Positions 1 through 11,307 of a stretch of DNA of 64,000 nucleotides are shown here, piece by piece. The stretch is from Thecamonas trahens ATCC 50062 (Eukaryota; Protista; Apusomonadida). The notes under the pieces were generated by a model that was not told the origin of the DNA, searched no databases, and saw only the letters and a list, made by a program, of their open reading frames with translations. Where the stretch lies: the NCBI RefSeq assembly GCF_000142905.1, contig NW_013657664.1:62001-126000 (forward strand), given 5' to 3'. The position numbers and the translations under genes are program-made. Within the stretch, counting starts at the first letter, position 1. Each line of letters begins with the position of its first letter.

Positions 1-1023
1 TCATGCCCGCGCCACCGATGTTCCACCTCGGGGCCATGCGCAAACAAGACACAGGCAACAACAACAAGCAAGCAAGCAATCATACTCGCAAGCCAGGTTG
101 CTGGTCGCGCTATCTGTCGCGCTCGCCGTGTTATCACAGACATCGGTCTGCGAACCATGCATATCACCTTCCTCCCCACCTGAGCACTCGCTCGCCACAT
201 CCTGCCACTCAAACTGAGAACGCTCGAGCATCGGCATGGCGCCATTTTCGGCTCGGGCAGAAGGGAAGCAGAGTGAGAGACAGATGTGCCCACCATGACG
301 CCCACGCCCACCATCATGTTCACCATCACACCTTGACAAAGCAAAGTACGGATGAGGACATCACCACGCACCACGCGCTCCAACCATGTACACTTCCGAT
401 AGGGCTACGGTAGGGATTCGGCCTTTGACTACCACATGTGACAGTCGTGGTTTGCGTCAGCGTTCATTCGAGTGAGGCGTGCATCGAGCCAGAGAGCGCC
501 AGAGAGGCGAACGCGTGGGGAGGGGGGGGGGGGGGGGGGGCCGGGTCGGCAAGCTCAAGCTCAGCCATACCTGACTCTTAGACGTACGTACCTTCTGAGT
601 CTTCAGTCCATGTCATGTTGCAGCGTATTGCTTGTATGGCTGGAGTACCATGTGCGAATTGCGCAGTGTAGTCGCTGTGAGGGGTCGGGGTCAGCGGGGG
701 GAGAGGGGATCGCAGCCTTGGCGCCAACGTCACGTTGCTTTTTGTAGCCATCGTTTGTCCGGTCTTTTCTGGCAGACTGCGCAGAAAACAAGCAGCAGAT
801 CTCAGAGGCTGTCCTGAACAGACGAGCTCTAGGTGTTAGAGCTATTTGGCTGTGGCAGGAAAAAATAGCAAGAGGATGAGGATGAGGTCAAACTGTCGTC
901 ATGGGGAGGGATGTATGTGTGTCGGGAAGGTGTGATCGGGGGGGTTTTTTTTCTCCTTCATGTCAAAGAGCGCTCACCTTGATCCCTCTCTACGCGCTAC
1001 GTCTTTGGACGGCTAGGTCGAGC

Positions 1024-3558
1024 ATGTCGTCATACTCCGAGTCGGAATCTGGGTCGAGCTACGGCTATGACGACGAGTACACGTGCGTGACCGAGGAGAG
1101 CGGGTCGGAGCCGGTGGTGGCGGCGGCAGCAGGAGGATGTGACATGGAAAAGGTCGATCCGCCGTCTGTGGAGGAGACCGAGACAGTGGGCGTGGCGCTG
1201 TCGGGTGGTGGCATCCGGTCTGCATCGTTCTGCCTGGGTGGACTTCAGGAACTTGCACGTGCAGGCGTTCTGCAGCAGGCCAAGTACCTGTCGAGCGTGT
1301 CAGGAGGCGGGTACACGGCGTCGGCGATGTATGCGATGGCCAAGGTCGAGGGCAAGGCGTTCGACGAGGGAGCGGTCGAGATTGTGGACAAGGTCCACCG
1401 CAAGATGGTGAGCCGGTCGCAGTGGCTCACGCCGTGGGCGACTGAGCCGGAGAATGACGGCATTTCCGCCGGATGGCGGTTTGGCGTGCTGATCAAGTAC
1501 GCGATGCTGTACCTGACTTGCGTTGTCACGCTTTTTACCAACATTGTGTGGGGCATTGCGCTGGCGGCGCCGGTCACCATCATCATCGACGAGTTTGTGG
1601 GCGCCAAGCTGCGGGCATCGTCGTCGTCGACCTCATTTTTCAACGACCTTCTCGATCTGGAAGTTCCGCTTGCGTTTTCCATCTGTGGCGGATGCATCGT
1701 CATTACGATCGTGACCTGGCTTGTGCGGCAGAGCTTGAGCGAGAAGCCACAGTCGCGGACGCGCGATATCCTGGTGACCGGAACGGAGCTGACGACGCGA
1801 CTGGGGGCGCTGCTCTCGATGGCGGTCATCCTTCTTGTCACTTTTCTCACCATCCTTTGGCACGACGAGTTCAACTCGGAGCTGCAGCGGACGGCTTGGA
1901 CGCTGCTTGTTGTCTTTATCCTCATTTCTGTCACGCCTGCACAGGGCACGCTGCGACGGGTCTTTCTCGCTGTCGGCGGCGCGATCGTGATGGCGGCGGC
2001 GCTCTTTGGCACTGCGGCCATTGCCAAGTGGTGCATCGAGGATGCCAACGACCAGGAGACGTTTGCTAACGTCGGGGACTTTTCGGTCTGGCGCAAGGCG
2101 TACATGCTCGGCTCATTTGCTCTGCTCGCTGTCTTTCCGTTCTTCTACTACCCGGTTACCTCGCTCCTGCCGCACACGTACGAGAAGTTGCTGCGGCGGG
2201 CGTTCTTTGAGGATCCGCAGCTCAACATGGGCCACGTTGCCGAGCTCGAGAGCGAGCTCGGATGGCCGATCTGGCTAGTCGGAACGACGCAGACCGACTT
2301 TCACGCGCACATTGGCGAGCGGTACGCAGCATCCGACTTTCTCATCTCGTCCGCCAAGTCCGGCTCGGCGCGGACCGGCTTCCGCAAGACACCGAGCACA
2401 CTCAAGGCGTCACGGGCGGTCTCGATCTCAGGCGCAGTCATCTCGTTTGTCATGGGCTCCAAGGACGTCTCACTCTCGCCGTTTCGATTTCTCTTTGGCT
2501 CGCTCAACCTCGGCCTCGGGTGGTACTTTGCCTTTTCGGACCATGCCGAACTGCTCGCCCTGGTGGCCAACGGGACGGTGGCAGTCCTCGGCGCGCTCCT
2601 CTTCCTCACACTCCTCAACTTTCAACTGGTGTGGATCGCGGTCGGCAGCGTCATCCTGCTCTACATTGCCTCGTTCTTCCCGTTCCACGAGCGGAGCCAG
2701 CTGTTCTCGGCCGCGCCCATGTTCCGCACCGTCCGGGTCATGCTCGGTCTCGAATTTTACGTCCAGCCGCCGCCGTACATGTACCTCTCGGACGGCGGCC
2801 ACTTTGAGAACCTCGGCTTGCTTCCGCTCTTCCAGCGCAAGGTCACCCGCATCTACTCGTTCGACGGCGGCGCCGACCCAACCGTGGGATGCACCTCGCT
2901 GCTCCGCGCCATGGAGCTCGCCCACACCTCGCTCGACGGCTTCTACGTCTCGATCGTGCCGAGCGAGGCGGGGACCGACGTGACATCAGCCATCGCCCAG
3001 CTCGGGTTCACCGACTCGGACGCTGTTGCCGTCGACTTTGACCTCACCTACCGCGAGAACCACACTCACAAGGAGCTGGCCAAGGGCAAGCTGACGTACA
3101 TCAAGAAGATCGATGCGTCCAAGTCGCGTGACGCCGCCTTTACCAACTATTTTGCCTCGCTCGAGACCGGCCGCGCCGCTGGCGCCCACTGGGCAGACGC
3201 CTCGTTTGATGACGAGGCCATCTCGGATCCGCACTCGTGCGCCACTACGTGCTGCCCCTGGTCGACCTCGGGCGCCTTCATGTGGTACTACCCGCTCAAG
3301 GCCTGGTGCGGCTCAAAGTACCCGGCCGGCGCGTACAACAACTTTCCGCACCACTCGACGCTCCAGACCCAGAACTTTCCGTCCAAGCTCTTTGAGGCCT
3401 ACGTCCGGCTCGGCCGCGACAACGCCTACACTGCCCTCGGCGGGCGATCGTCGTCGTCGTCGTCATCGTCGTCGTCCGGCTCGTCCGAGGCCAACTCATC
3501 ATCATCATCGCCGTCGTCATCGCTGTACGCGGCGTCATACGAGGCTTCGCGCTCGTGA
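1024..3558 (+). CDS. Multi-pass membrane patatin/cPLA2-like (lyso)phospholipase
   Basis: Oxyanion motif GVALSGGGIRS, nucleophile elbow SSVSGGGY and catalytic-Asp motif LSDGGHFENLG, with many hydrophobic helices between them. ATG at 1024 preferred over 901. Confidence 0.8.
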   Translation: MSSYSESESGSSYGYDDEYTCVTEESGSEPVVAAAAGGCDMEKVDPPSVEETETVGVALSGGGIRSASFCLGGLQELARAGVLQQAKYLSSVSGGGYTASAMYAMAKVEGKAFDEGAVEIVDKVHRKMVSRSQWLTPWATEPENDGISAGWRFGVLIKYAMLYLTCVVTLFTNIVWGIALAAPVTIIIDEFVGAKLRASSSSTSFFNDLLDLEVPLAFSICGGCIVITIVTWLVRQSLSEKPQSRTRDILVTGTELTTRLGALLSMAVILLVTFLTILWHDEFNSELQRTAWTLLVVFILISVTPAQGTLRRVFLAVGGAIVMAAALFGTAAIAKWCIEDANDQETFANVGDFSVWRKAYMLGSFALLAVFPFFYYPVTSLLPHTYEKLLRRAFFEDPQLNMGHVAELESELGWPIWLVGTTQTDFHAHIGERYAASDFLISSAKSGSARTGFRKTPSTLKASRAVSISGAVISFVMGSKDVSLSPFRFLFGSLNLGLGWYFAFSDHAELLALVANGTVAVLGALLFLTLLNFQLVWIAVGSVILLYIASFFPFHERSQLFSAAPMFRTVRVMLGLEFYVQPPPYMYLSDGGHFENLGLLPLFQRKVTRIYSFDGGADPTVGCTSLLRAMELAHTSLDGFYVSIVPSEAGTDVTSAIAQLGFTDSDAVAVDFDLTYRENHTHKELAKGKLTYIKKIDASKSRDAAFTNYFASLETGRAAGAHWADASFDDEAISDPHSCATTCCPWSTSGAFMWYYPLKAWCGSKYPAGAYNNFPHHSTLQTQNFPSKLFEAYVRLGRDNAYTALGGRSSSSSSSSSSGSSEANSSSSSPSSSLYAASYEASRS

Positions 3559-4002
3559 ACTACATCATAAACTCGATCTCTTGCGCCTAAACGCCTTGAG
3601 CATGTCTGCCGTCAGTGCACAAAAACGTCGCGGCAGGAACAGTTGGGTCATGTTTACTATGTCACCACACTTTGATCATCCATCTCTTTTTGTGGTGATC
3701 TGTTTTCACTTTCAGCACCTCTTACGTCTTTCTTCTTCCGCACTGCAAACATCCAACCCAACCATCACGTTCTCCAACATCCCAGCTATAATCTCACATC
3801 ACTATTGTGCCTATATCAGGGATATCTGCCTTGTGTGAGCTGCCTGCCATGTTGCCAGCACTCGTCCCCGGTCTGATCAAATTCGCGGCAGGCGCGGCAG
3901 ACCAAGAGCGACACAGCGCGTCTCGGCTCGACGACGACGACGAGTGCAAGTCGAGACGTCGAGACAGCCAGAGAGCCACAGTCGACTCTTTTGCAGGCGA
4001 GC

Positions 4003-6102
4003 ATGGATTCAAAGCCGAGAGGACGTTCTCGGTCTCGGTCTAGGTCACCAGCACGTGGGCCAGCACCGCCACCAAGCCGAAGGCGGCGCCCGCCGTCTGC
4101 CCGAGAGGTGCTAGGACTGGCGGGCGGTGGACGTGGCGCGAGCGGAGCCGGCAGCGGCGGACAGGTTGGGTATGTGGGGAAGGATGCACGGATGCGGGCG
4201 AGTCGAACAGGCACAGTCAGCGGGTTGGGCATGGGCATGAGCATGGCTAAGACTGGCGCTAGTGGTCGATCGGGGGTGCAGACGGGTGGCCGATCGGTGG
4301 CGAGAGCCCGGGCGGGAGGAAGCAAGGCCAAGGTAGTGGCGGCGTCTGGGCTGTCATCGGACATGATCAATGCGATCAAGGAGTCGTATCTGGTCCGCGG
4401 GCGTGGCGAAGGGCTCTCGACCGGTGGAAGTGGCGAGAGAGCGGCGCGGGAGAAGAAGAAGAAGAAGCGGCAGCGGCAGAGAGTCGGCCGGTTCTCGGCG
4501 CCGAGCAAGGAGTCGATGGAGTGGGGTGACGAGGACGACACGTCCGAGGCCGTGGACGAGCTGTACGCCAATCCGCACACATTTGTGCCGGGATTTGGGC
4601 GCGGACGGTTTGGTGGCATCGATCTGGAGGTCAAGTCCGAGGGGGCCAAGTTCTACGACGAGCTGATGTCGAAGCGTGTGGCGGAGCACCCGGAGCTTGT
4701 CAAGCCCAAGGACGTGGTGGAGGTGTGGGCGCGGCGGAGCGGGACAGCGGTGGTGGGCGGCAAGCACTGGGGGGAGAAGGAGCTGAGCGAAATGACCGCC
4801 CGCGACTGGAACATTGTGCGCGAGGACTTTGACATCAAGGTCAAGGGCGCCAAGGTTCCGCCTCCGCTGCGGTCGTGGGCCGACGTGGGGCGGTACAGCA
4901 ACTTTCCGCCTTCACTCACAGCCGGCATCTACGACGCAGGCTATCGCGAGCCGACGCCGATCCAGATGCAGGCCATTCCGGTCGGGCTCGAGGCGCGCGA
5001 CATTATTGGGCTCGCCGAGACGGGTTCGGGCAAGACGGCGGCGTTCTTGCTCCCGCTCCTTGCACGGCTCTCGTATCTGCCGCGAGTGTCTCCCACGACA
5101 GCGGACTCGGGCCCATACGCAGTGGTCCTCGCACCGACACGCGAGCTTGCGCAGCAGATTGAGGACGAAGCGGTCAAGTTTGCGGCCGAGGTCGAGCCGC
5201 CGCTCCACTCGTGCGTCATCGTGGGCGGCACCGATAAGACACGACAGCTCTCTGCGCTGCGCGACGGACAGGATATTGTGATTGGGACGCCTGGGCGGAT
5301 CAATGAGCTCATCGAGTCGCGGTACCTGGTCCTCACCCGCGCATTCTACATCATTCTGGACGAGGCGGATCGGATGATCGACATGGGCTTTGCGCCGCAG
5401 GTCGGCTCGATCCTCGAGGCCATGAAGGGCGAGGTGAGCGGCGAGAACGGCAAGGCGCTGCAGCGGCAGACGGTCATGTTCTCGGCGACTATGGCGCCTG
5501 AGGTCTTCCACCTCGCCAAGGAGTACATGGTCGACGAAGTGGTGGTGGAGATCGGCAAGGTCGGGCGTGCCGTCGACCGCATCAAGCAGTTTGTCTCGTT
5601 TGTGAAGCCGACAAAGAAGCCGGCGGCGCTGCAGCGGGTGCTCTCTCGCGCGCGCAACGGCCTGGTCATTGTCTTTGTCAACGAGAAGTCCACCGTGGCC
5701 ACTGTGGCCGAGGCGCTGAGCAAGGCCGGCCACGCCGTGGCGGTCATCCACGGTGGCAAGTCGCAAGCTGACCGTGAGTCTGCGCTGCGTGCCTTCCGCT
5801 CAGGCTCGCGCAACGTAATTGTCGCGACTGACGTCCTTGGCCGTGGTATCGACGTGCCGAACGTGACCCACGTTGTCAACTACGACATGCCGCGGCAGAT
5901 GGAGGTCTACACCCACCGCATCGGGCGGACAGCCCGCGCCGGCAAGGGCGGCGAGGCGCATACCTTCCTCACCGACGCAGACTCGGGCGTCTTCTACTAC
6001 CTCAAGAAGTTCCTCCGCGAGACCAACCAGTCCATCCCGCACGCGCTGGCCAACCACGAGGCTGCCATGGTCAAGCCTGGCACGGTTCTTGATCTGTCGT
6101 AA
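4003..6102 (+). CDS. DDX23: DEAD-box RNA helicase Prp28/DDX23 (U5 snRNP)
   Basis: AETGSGKT, PTRELA, DEADRM, SAT and HRIGRTAR motifs. Prp28-specific HWxEKxLxEMTxRDWxIxRED and EWGDEDDTS segments, an RS-rich N-terminus and C-terminal LANHEAAMVKPG. Confidence 0.93.
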   Translation: MDSKPRGRSRSRSRSPARGPAPPPSRRRRPPSAREVLGLAGGGRGASGAGSGGQVGYVGKDARMRASRTGTVSGLGMGMSMAKTGASGRSGVQTGGRSVARARAGGSKAKVVAASGLSSDMINAIKESYLVRGRGEGLSTGGSGERAAREKKKKKRQRQRVGRFSAPSKESMEWGDEDDTSEAVDELYANPHTFVPGFGRGRFGGIDLEVKSEGAKFYDELMSKRVAEHPELVKPKDVVEVWARRSGTAVVGGKHWGEKELSEMTARDWNIVREDFDIKVKGAKVPPPLRSWADVGRYSNFPPSLTAGIYDAGYREPTPIQMQAIPVGLEARDIIGLAETGSGKTAAFLLPLLARLSYLPRVSPTTADSGPYAVVLAPTRELAQQIEDEAVKFAAEVEPPLHSCVIVGGTDKTRQLSALRDGQDIVIGTPGRINELIESRYLVLTRAFYIILDEADRMIDMGFAPQVGSILEAMKGEVSGENGKALQRQTVMFSATMAPEVFHLAKEYMVDEVVVEIGKVGRAVDRIKQFVSFVKPTKKPAALQRVLSRARNGLVIVFVNEKSTVATVAEALSKAGHAVAVIHGGKSQADRESALRAFRSGSRNVIVATDVLGRGIDVPNVTHVVNYDMPRQMEVYTHRIGRTARAGKGGEAHTFLTDADSGVFYYLKKFLRETNQSIPHALANHEAAMVKPGTVLDLS

Positions 6103-6532
6103 GCCAACCACCACCACCACCAGCAACCTACGCATGAACAAGATGAACTTCCCCATTTGCCGTATGGCGCCGATCTTGCTTGCCTCTGCCTCTGCCTCTG
6201 TCCCCACCACATCACAGGCCGATGCCAAGTGCCCCCCCCTGCAGCGAGCCCACATCGATGCCCACAACATGGTTAGCCGCCGACTTGAACGCAAAGCTAG
6301 CGATCAGCGCCGGGCATGTCTTTCCCGTCATCATTGCTGCCTGCGCATGGCCAACACTAACTCGATTCCGGGCTCCGCACGCGCTCCGCCGCCAGCCAGC
6401 CAAACCGTTGCGGGCGTGCGCGTGCGTCAGAGGACCAGTAGCCAAGGCAGTGTGGTGGGTGGCGAGGCGTTGGCAAAGGAACGACCACGTATCTCACACA
6501 CGTTTCGACTTTGCGGACCAAGTGGAGAAGAC

Positions 6533-7294
6533 ATGGGTGTGCAGGTGCGGTTTGTAGTGGCAACCGTGGCGGTGGTGGCGGCGTGCTGGCTGGTGGCGTG
6601 TGGGGCTGGCGAGACGTTTGACAGCAAGAAGCTCCGGCTGGTGGACTACGATGCGACGACAGGCAATTTTCTCTTCCGATCCAACGATCCTTTGACGCCG
6701 AGTGGAAGCTTTGATTGGACAGGGCTTACCGGTCGGATGGCAGAGGTGGCCGCCAATGCGTCGATCCAGTTTCCGGCTGATGACGATCTGTTCATGATGG
6801 ACTTTTCGCTCCTCTCGCCGCTGCTGCCCAAGGAGCGGGCCAATCTCAAGGTGGAGGAGGCGTACTTTGCCGCAAATGCCACTCGTGGTAAGCTCATCTC
6901 GTGGCCGCTGGTCGGCTCGGTCGATGATGCGAACAAGCTGCATGAGGCCGTGCGCAAAGATCTGGCCAAGGCCCTGCCCAAGGACATGATCGACAAGCTG
7001 CCGTCGCGCATTCCGTACCTCCACTCGCTTGTCCACACTCCGTCGAGCCACGGCAAGCCGCTAGTGGTTGTTGTTCACTGCGAGGGTGGCATGGACCGGA
7101 CTGGCGAGTCGATTGGCTCGTACTACCTGCAGTACCTCGGGTGGTCATACGCCAAGGTCCTCGCCTACAACGACGCCATCGACAACCGTAACATGTCGAC
7201 AACCACCGGCAACGCGCTCAACTGGTACTGCTGGTACCTTTACTACGCCTTTGGCTCACAGTTCTCGTATCTAAAGTGCGATCTCCCGCACTAG
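6533..7294 (+). CDS. Secreted/lumenal PTP-like (Cys-based) phosphatase
   Basis: Signal peptide (RFVVATVAVVAACWLVACGAG) and P-loop HCEGGMDRTG. ATG at 6533; the upstream part of ORF 5873 is not credible coding. Confidence 0.75.
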   Translation: MGVQVRFVVATVAVVAACWLVACGAGETFDSKKLRLVDYDATTGNFLFRSNDPLTPSGSFDWTGLTGRMAEVAANASIQFPADDDLFMMDFSLLSPLLPKERANLKVEEAYFAANATRGKLISWPLVGSVDDANKLHEAVRKDLAKALPKDMIDKLPSRIPYLHSLVHTPSSHGKPLVVVVHCEGGMDRTGESIGSYYLQYLGWSYAKVLAYNDAIDNRNMSTTTGNALNWYCWYLYYAFGSQFSYLKCDLPH

Positions 7295-7564
7295 ACAAGC
7301 GCAGGCAGCGGCGCAAGCGCCACCATGTCTTTGTCGCCGCGGGCGCCGAGCGTCGGCGACCGCCTGAGCGTCCGCTGGACCGACCGCCGGTACCTGTAGC
7401 TGATAGCAGCCGCTATGCTTACACAAACAACGACAAAACCTCCAATAGCGACGCCAGAGTTGGCCTTTGGCCGCGTCGTGCTGCTAGCGAGGCCTCCAAA
7501 CGCACCGCCGGCCATTGTCGTTGGTGGCGGGCTCGGCGGCGGCGAGCTGGCCAGCGGCGGTGGG

Positions 7565-7595
<31 letters not shown>

Positions 7596-9111
7596 GTGGC
7601 GGAGGCGAAGGTGGGGGCGGCGGCGATGGGACGGTCCCTGCACACGGCGCAGTGGTTGAGACAAAGGGATGGTCGGGCGTGCACGCCATGCACCACTGGC
7701 CAGGCTGGAGGCCGTGGCCCGCCGCACACACGACGCATGTATCGAGGGCCTCACATTCGGCGCAGCCTGCGACGGCGCACTCGCCGCGGAGCGCGGCAGA
7801 GATGTTGGCCACCGAGCACGAGGTGGGCGCAGTCCGCGCATTGCAGACGTACGGAGCCTCCAGAGCAACGTGAAAGTCGGCGCGCGACTCGCCGGTCACC
7901 AGGTCGACCGGCGTTGGGAAGCGGGTGACGACGACGTGGGCACCAGCAGCGAGGGCAGCATCGCGGGCGGCAACCGACGCAGCAGGATCGCGGTTGATTT
8001 CGGCAAGGTTCGGAGTGAATGAAAAGCCAAACGACGCTCCACCCTGGCTCTCGAGGCAGGGGATGGCTGAGAACGGGACGCCCGAGCCCGAGTCGCCGCA
8101 AGAGGCAAAGATCTGCTGCGCAACGACGGCGTGGGTAGCCGACCACGCTGCGCCGGTGGCGGTGGCAAACTCGCCCACCTCGGCGACGGTGACCAGGCTG
8201 TTGCGGTTGACATCGGTGGTGTCAAAGTACATGGCACGGACACCATCGAGGGTGTACTGGTGCGAGCCGAGATAGCCACCGTCGACACCGGCGACGACCA
8301 TGTAGCCTTGGTCAGCGGCGGCGGCGATGTCGGTGGCGACAGAGGCCGTGACAAAGGGAAAGTACACAAATGCGACGCGAGAGTCATCTGCACCTGCGCT
8401 GCCGTCCATCAGCGGCCAGGCCAGCCGTCGCGGGCCGTCGATCGGCTGGTACGACAGGCCGTGATCGTACATCAGGACCGCGAGGTGCGAGCGGACCTGA
8501 CGGACGGCTGGCCAGGCGTTCTCACGCGCCATGGCTCTCACATCAGTTGAGCCAGAGCGATGTGCAAGAGCAAGCGCTTTGTCAGGACTCAGCAGCTCGT
8601 CGGTAGGCCATCCGGCGGCGAGGACGGCATCCAGAGCATCCCATTGAAACGAGGCAAACTGAACCAAATCAGCGTCCCTAATGCGGAGCATGAGCAAGAT
8701 CAAAGGATACTCAGCATGACCATGTAGCGATGACGATGAGGCGTTGCCTGGTGCCGCGGCTTGCTGAAGCGTGGCGTTGCGGAGAGAGAGCAAGCACGAG
8801 GTCAAGGAGGAGCAGAGCGAAGCATGATCATAACCATCGACATTCCAAACGGACCACCTACCAGCATCATACCAAACATCCAAGTGTAGAGCACGAACCG
8901 AGGCATTGGCCAAGGCCACATGCCAGGGCATACTGGTGAAGTTCCATTGCGGGAGGTAGGGATACTCCATACGGAGATGATACGATGCCTCACTGGCGAC
9001 TGTTGTCACGCCATTCACAGCCAGTCCGTCACACCCATGGAGCAACGAGATGGAGGTCATGACCACCATGACCACCACCACACACCCCATGCCCACCATG
9101 CCAATACACAT
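7291..9111 (-). CDS. Type I membrane protein with degenerate PI-PLC-like (bacterial Ca-dependent type) domain, EF-hand-like insert, Cys-rich region and Pro stalk
   Basis: Signal peptide; NGVTTVASEASYH and VRALHLDVWYD resemble PI-PLC-X motifs; AALAAGAHVVVTRFP; DVNRNSLVTVAE EF-hand-like loop; CAECEALDTCVVC; SPPPP stalk; C-terminal TM followed by YRYRR. Confidence 0.65.
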
Positions 9112-9934
9112 ACTATATGTATGGGGGAAGGGGGAGGGAGAGGAGAATGTTCTACTTGCTGTACTGGTGGCTTCCACGGTGCGTTGCCCGGTCGGTTGGC
9201 CTCGGGAGCTGCCTCGCTCGACCCGGAGGATGAGGACGGCGTATCGGGGGGGGGGGGGGGGATCGGAGTATGGGATGGGGATTAGGGGGTGGGTGGGTGG
9301 GTGGGTGGGCTAGGGGGGGGGGACGACCTGTGATTGTAGGTGAAGGACATGGGTGTTGACTTGTGGGATAAGATATGTATAGCAGGGAGGGGGGGGGGGG
9401 GGAAGGAGGGTGATGGTGACGGCGATCAGGGGCGGTACAGGGTTGGCGGGTCGACTATAGGCAAGCTGGTTAAGGAGTTTCGGATGTTGGTTGGTTGAAG
9501 AAGTGGGGGACTTTCCCTACGTGTGATATCGTCAGCGATGTCATGTTGTGTTCCATCGAGTCGCCGAGTCACGCGTGCCTAGGAGTGGATGTCTGTGAGC
9601 CATAGATACCGGCCGTCATTCCCCACGCCCATTCTCCATGTTCCTCCTCCTACCACCACCACCATGCCAACTCCTACCATGGCGGCCTACCCTCCTACCC
9701 ATGTAGTACCTTTGGATGGTGAAAGTGAGGCTCTTTCACCAGCTATGCGTTGCGAGGCAGAGGAAGATCTCATCGGGCGATGTTCCATATTTGCAAGTCA
9801 TTGAAGAAGTCGTGAATGGCATTTCGTTCGTTGGCCTAAATCGCTTGACCTCGGTACCACTCCACTCGTTCCGAGGGGTAAGTAGCCAACCAATGAGAGG
9901 GGAGCAGGGAGGGAGGGGAAGGAAGTGAGATGAG

Positions 9935-10659
9935 TTAGAACAAGGTCTTGATGTTGGTCATGGTGTAGACGCTTGTCGGTTGCTTGTTGTCATGGTGGCG
10001 GTGTGGCTGGTGGCAGGTGTGTGTGTGTGGGGGGGCTGCTTGTGTATGGCCGAGCCATGGGCCGTCTTGCTTGCTTGGCTGGCTGGCACCGGCTGTTTTT
10101 GGTTTTTGGTCGTGGTGTTCCCCCCCTTCCTCCCTCCCTCCCCCGGAGGAGAAGCAACACTGTGGACGAAAGAGCGGCGTGAAGGGAGAACAAAGTAGAC
10201 CTTGGTGTAGTTGAGCTTGTTGGCTATCTGTTGATGTGGCGGGTGGGGTTGGTTTGGGCTTATTTAGCAACACCTGCATGGTTATTGGCTCGCCGAACGT
10301 GTTCCACATGACGTGGAAGTCTCTCGTGCCAAGCCGCTCACCGGCAGTTCAAGCAACTGCCCATGGTGAAGCGGGCTCCACGCCCTTGCCCAACACACCC
10401 TTGCTCAATGGATACACGTAAGCATGCTACGTTGTATATGACGGCGCACGAGGTCCTCCTCGAGTTGCTTCCGCCTGGTCAGGCCTTGCCGCACACACGC
10501 GTGCGTTGGCTAAGTTTTGGTCGCCACCGCCACCACCGCCACCGCCGAGTCCCCTCCCCCCCTTCCCCCTCCCGCCACTTTGGCAGGTAGCACGAGAGAA
10601 AGGGGATGGGGAATGTAGGCAGGGAAGCCACTTACCACAGAGTGCGGGGTGTGGACATG
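9935..10659 (-). other. Possible small multi-exon gene (unresolved)
   Basis: Minus-strand ATG (MSTPRTL) followed by a GTAAGT donor near 10635 and a coding-like terminal segment SVYTMTNIKTLF* ending at 9935. The exon chain could not be reconstructed. Confidence 0.25.
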
Positions 10660-10765
10660 CGGGGTGTGACGGAACATGCAGATTGAGCAAGCACTTGACC
10701 ACCCATAGGCCAAGGAAAAAGTAAGCCGAAGAAGTGACTAGCAACAACAGCATTATCGATTAATC

Positions 10766-11029
10766 ATGGCAGACGGGTCGCAGACCGATTTTGGCATGTC
10801 GCTCCAGTCGGCACTGGCGTCCATGGAGACCGAGACAGACGGGTCCACGCCCATGGCCATGGCCGGCCGGCGGCGGGGTGCACCCCGTGGTGGTGATGGC
10901 ATGCTCGGATCGTCCATGGATGAGTCCGGCGTCGTCGCCATGGGCGTCTCGCCCATGATTCCCGACACGCCTCAGAACACGCCCAACACCATGTCGTGGG
11001 CTTCGTCGGCAGCGCAGGGCCGCAAGTAA
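10766..11029 (+). CDS. Small disordered hypothetical protein (87 aa)
   Basis: ATG-initiated ORF with the high third-position GC seen in neighbouring genes, preceded by an AT-rich stretch. No recognisable domain. Confidence 0.45.
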   Translation: MADGSQTDFGMSLQSALASMETETDGSTPMAMAGRRRGAPRGGDGMLGSSMDESGVVAMGVSPMIPDTPQNTPNTMSWASSAAQGRK

Positions 11030-11110
11030 GCAATATTACGTATTGGCTTTGTGAAATACATCCTCTCTTTCTCTTCTGGGCATCCATGGTTCTCCTTGCC
11101 GCGTAGTATG

Positions 11111-11210
11111 NNNNNNNNNNNNNNNNNNNNNNNNNNNNNNNNNNNNNNNNNNNNNNNNNNNNNNNNNNNNNNNNNNNNNNNNNNNNNNNNNNNNNNNNNN
11201 NNNNNNNNNN
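11111..11210. other. Assembly gap
   Basis: Run of N. Confidence 1.
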
Positions 11211-11307
11211 TGTCCCATGGTATGCCCCCCCCCCCCCCCCCCCGGCCCTGCACCCTTTCCTTTGTTCCTGTCTCCCCGCCATCTCTCTCTCGTGTTGAGA
11301 CTCGGCG

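Noticed and set aside
1-680. Possible minus-strand exons running off the left edge (acceptor near 675, GTACGT donor near 587)
   Set aside because: No recognisable product and the exon chain cannot be verified.
5873-6532. Long N-terminal extension of the phosphatase ORF overlapping DDX23
   Set aside because: Open-frame run-through typical of GC-rich DNA; the signal peptide begins at ATG 6533.
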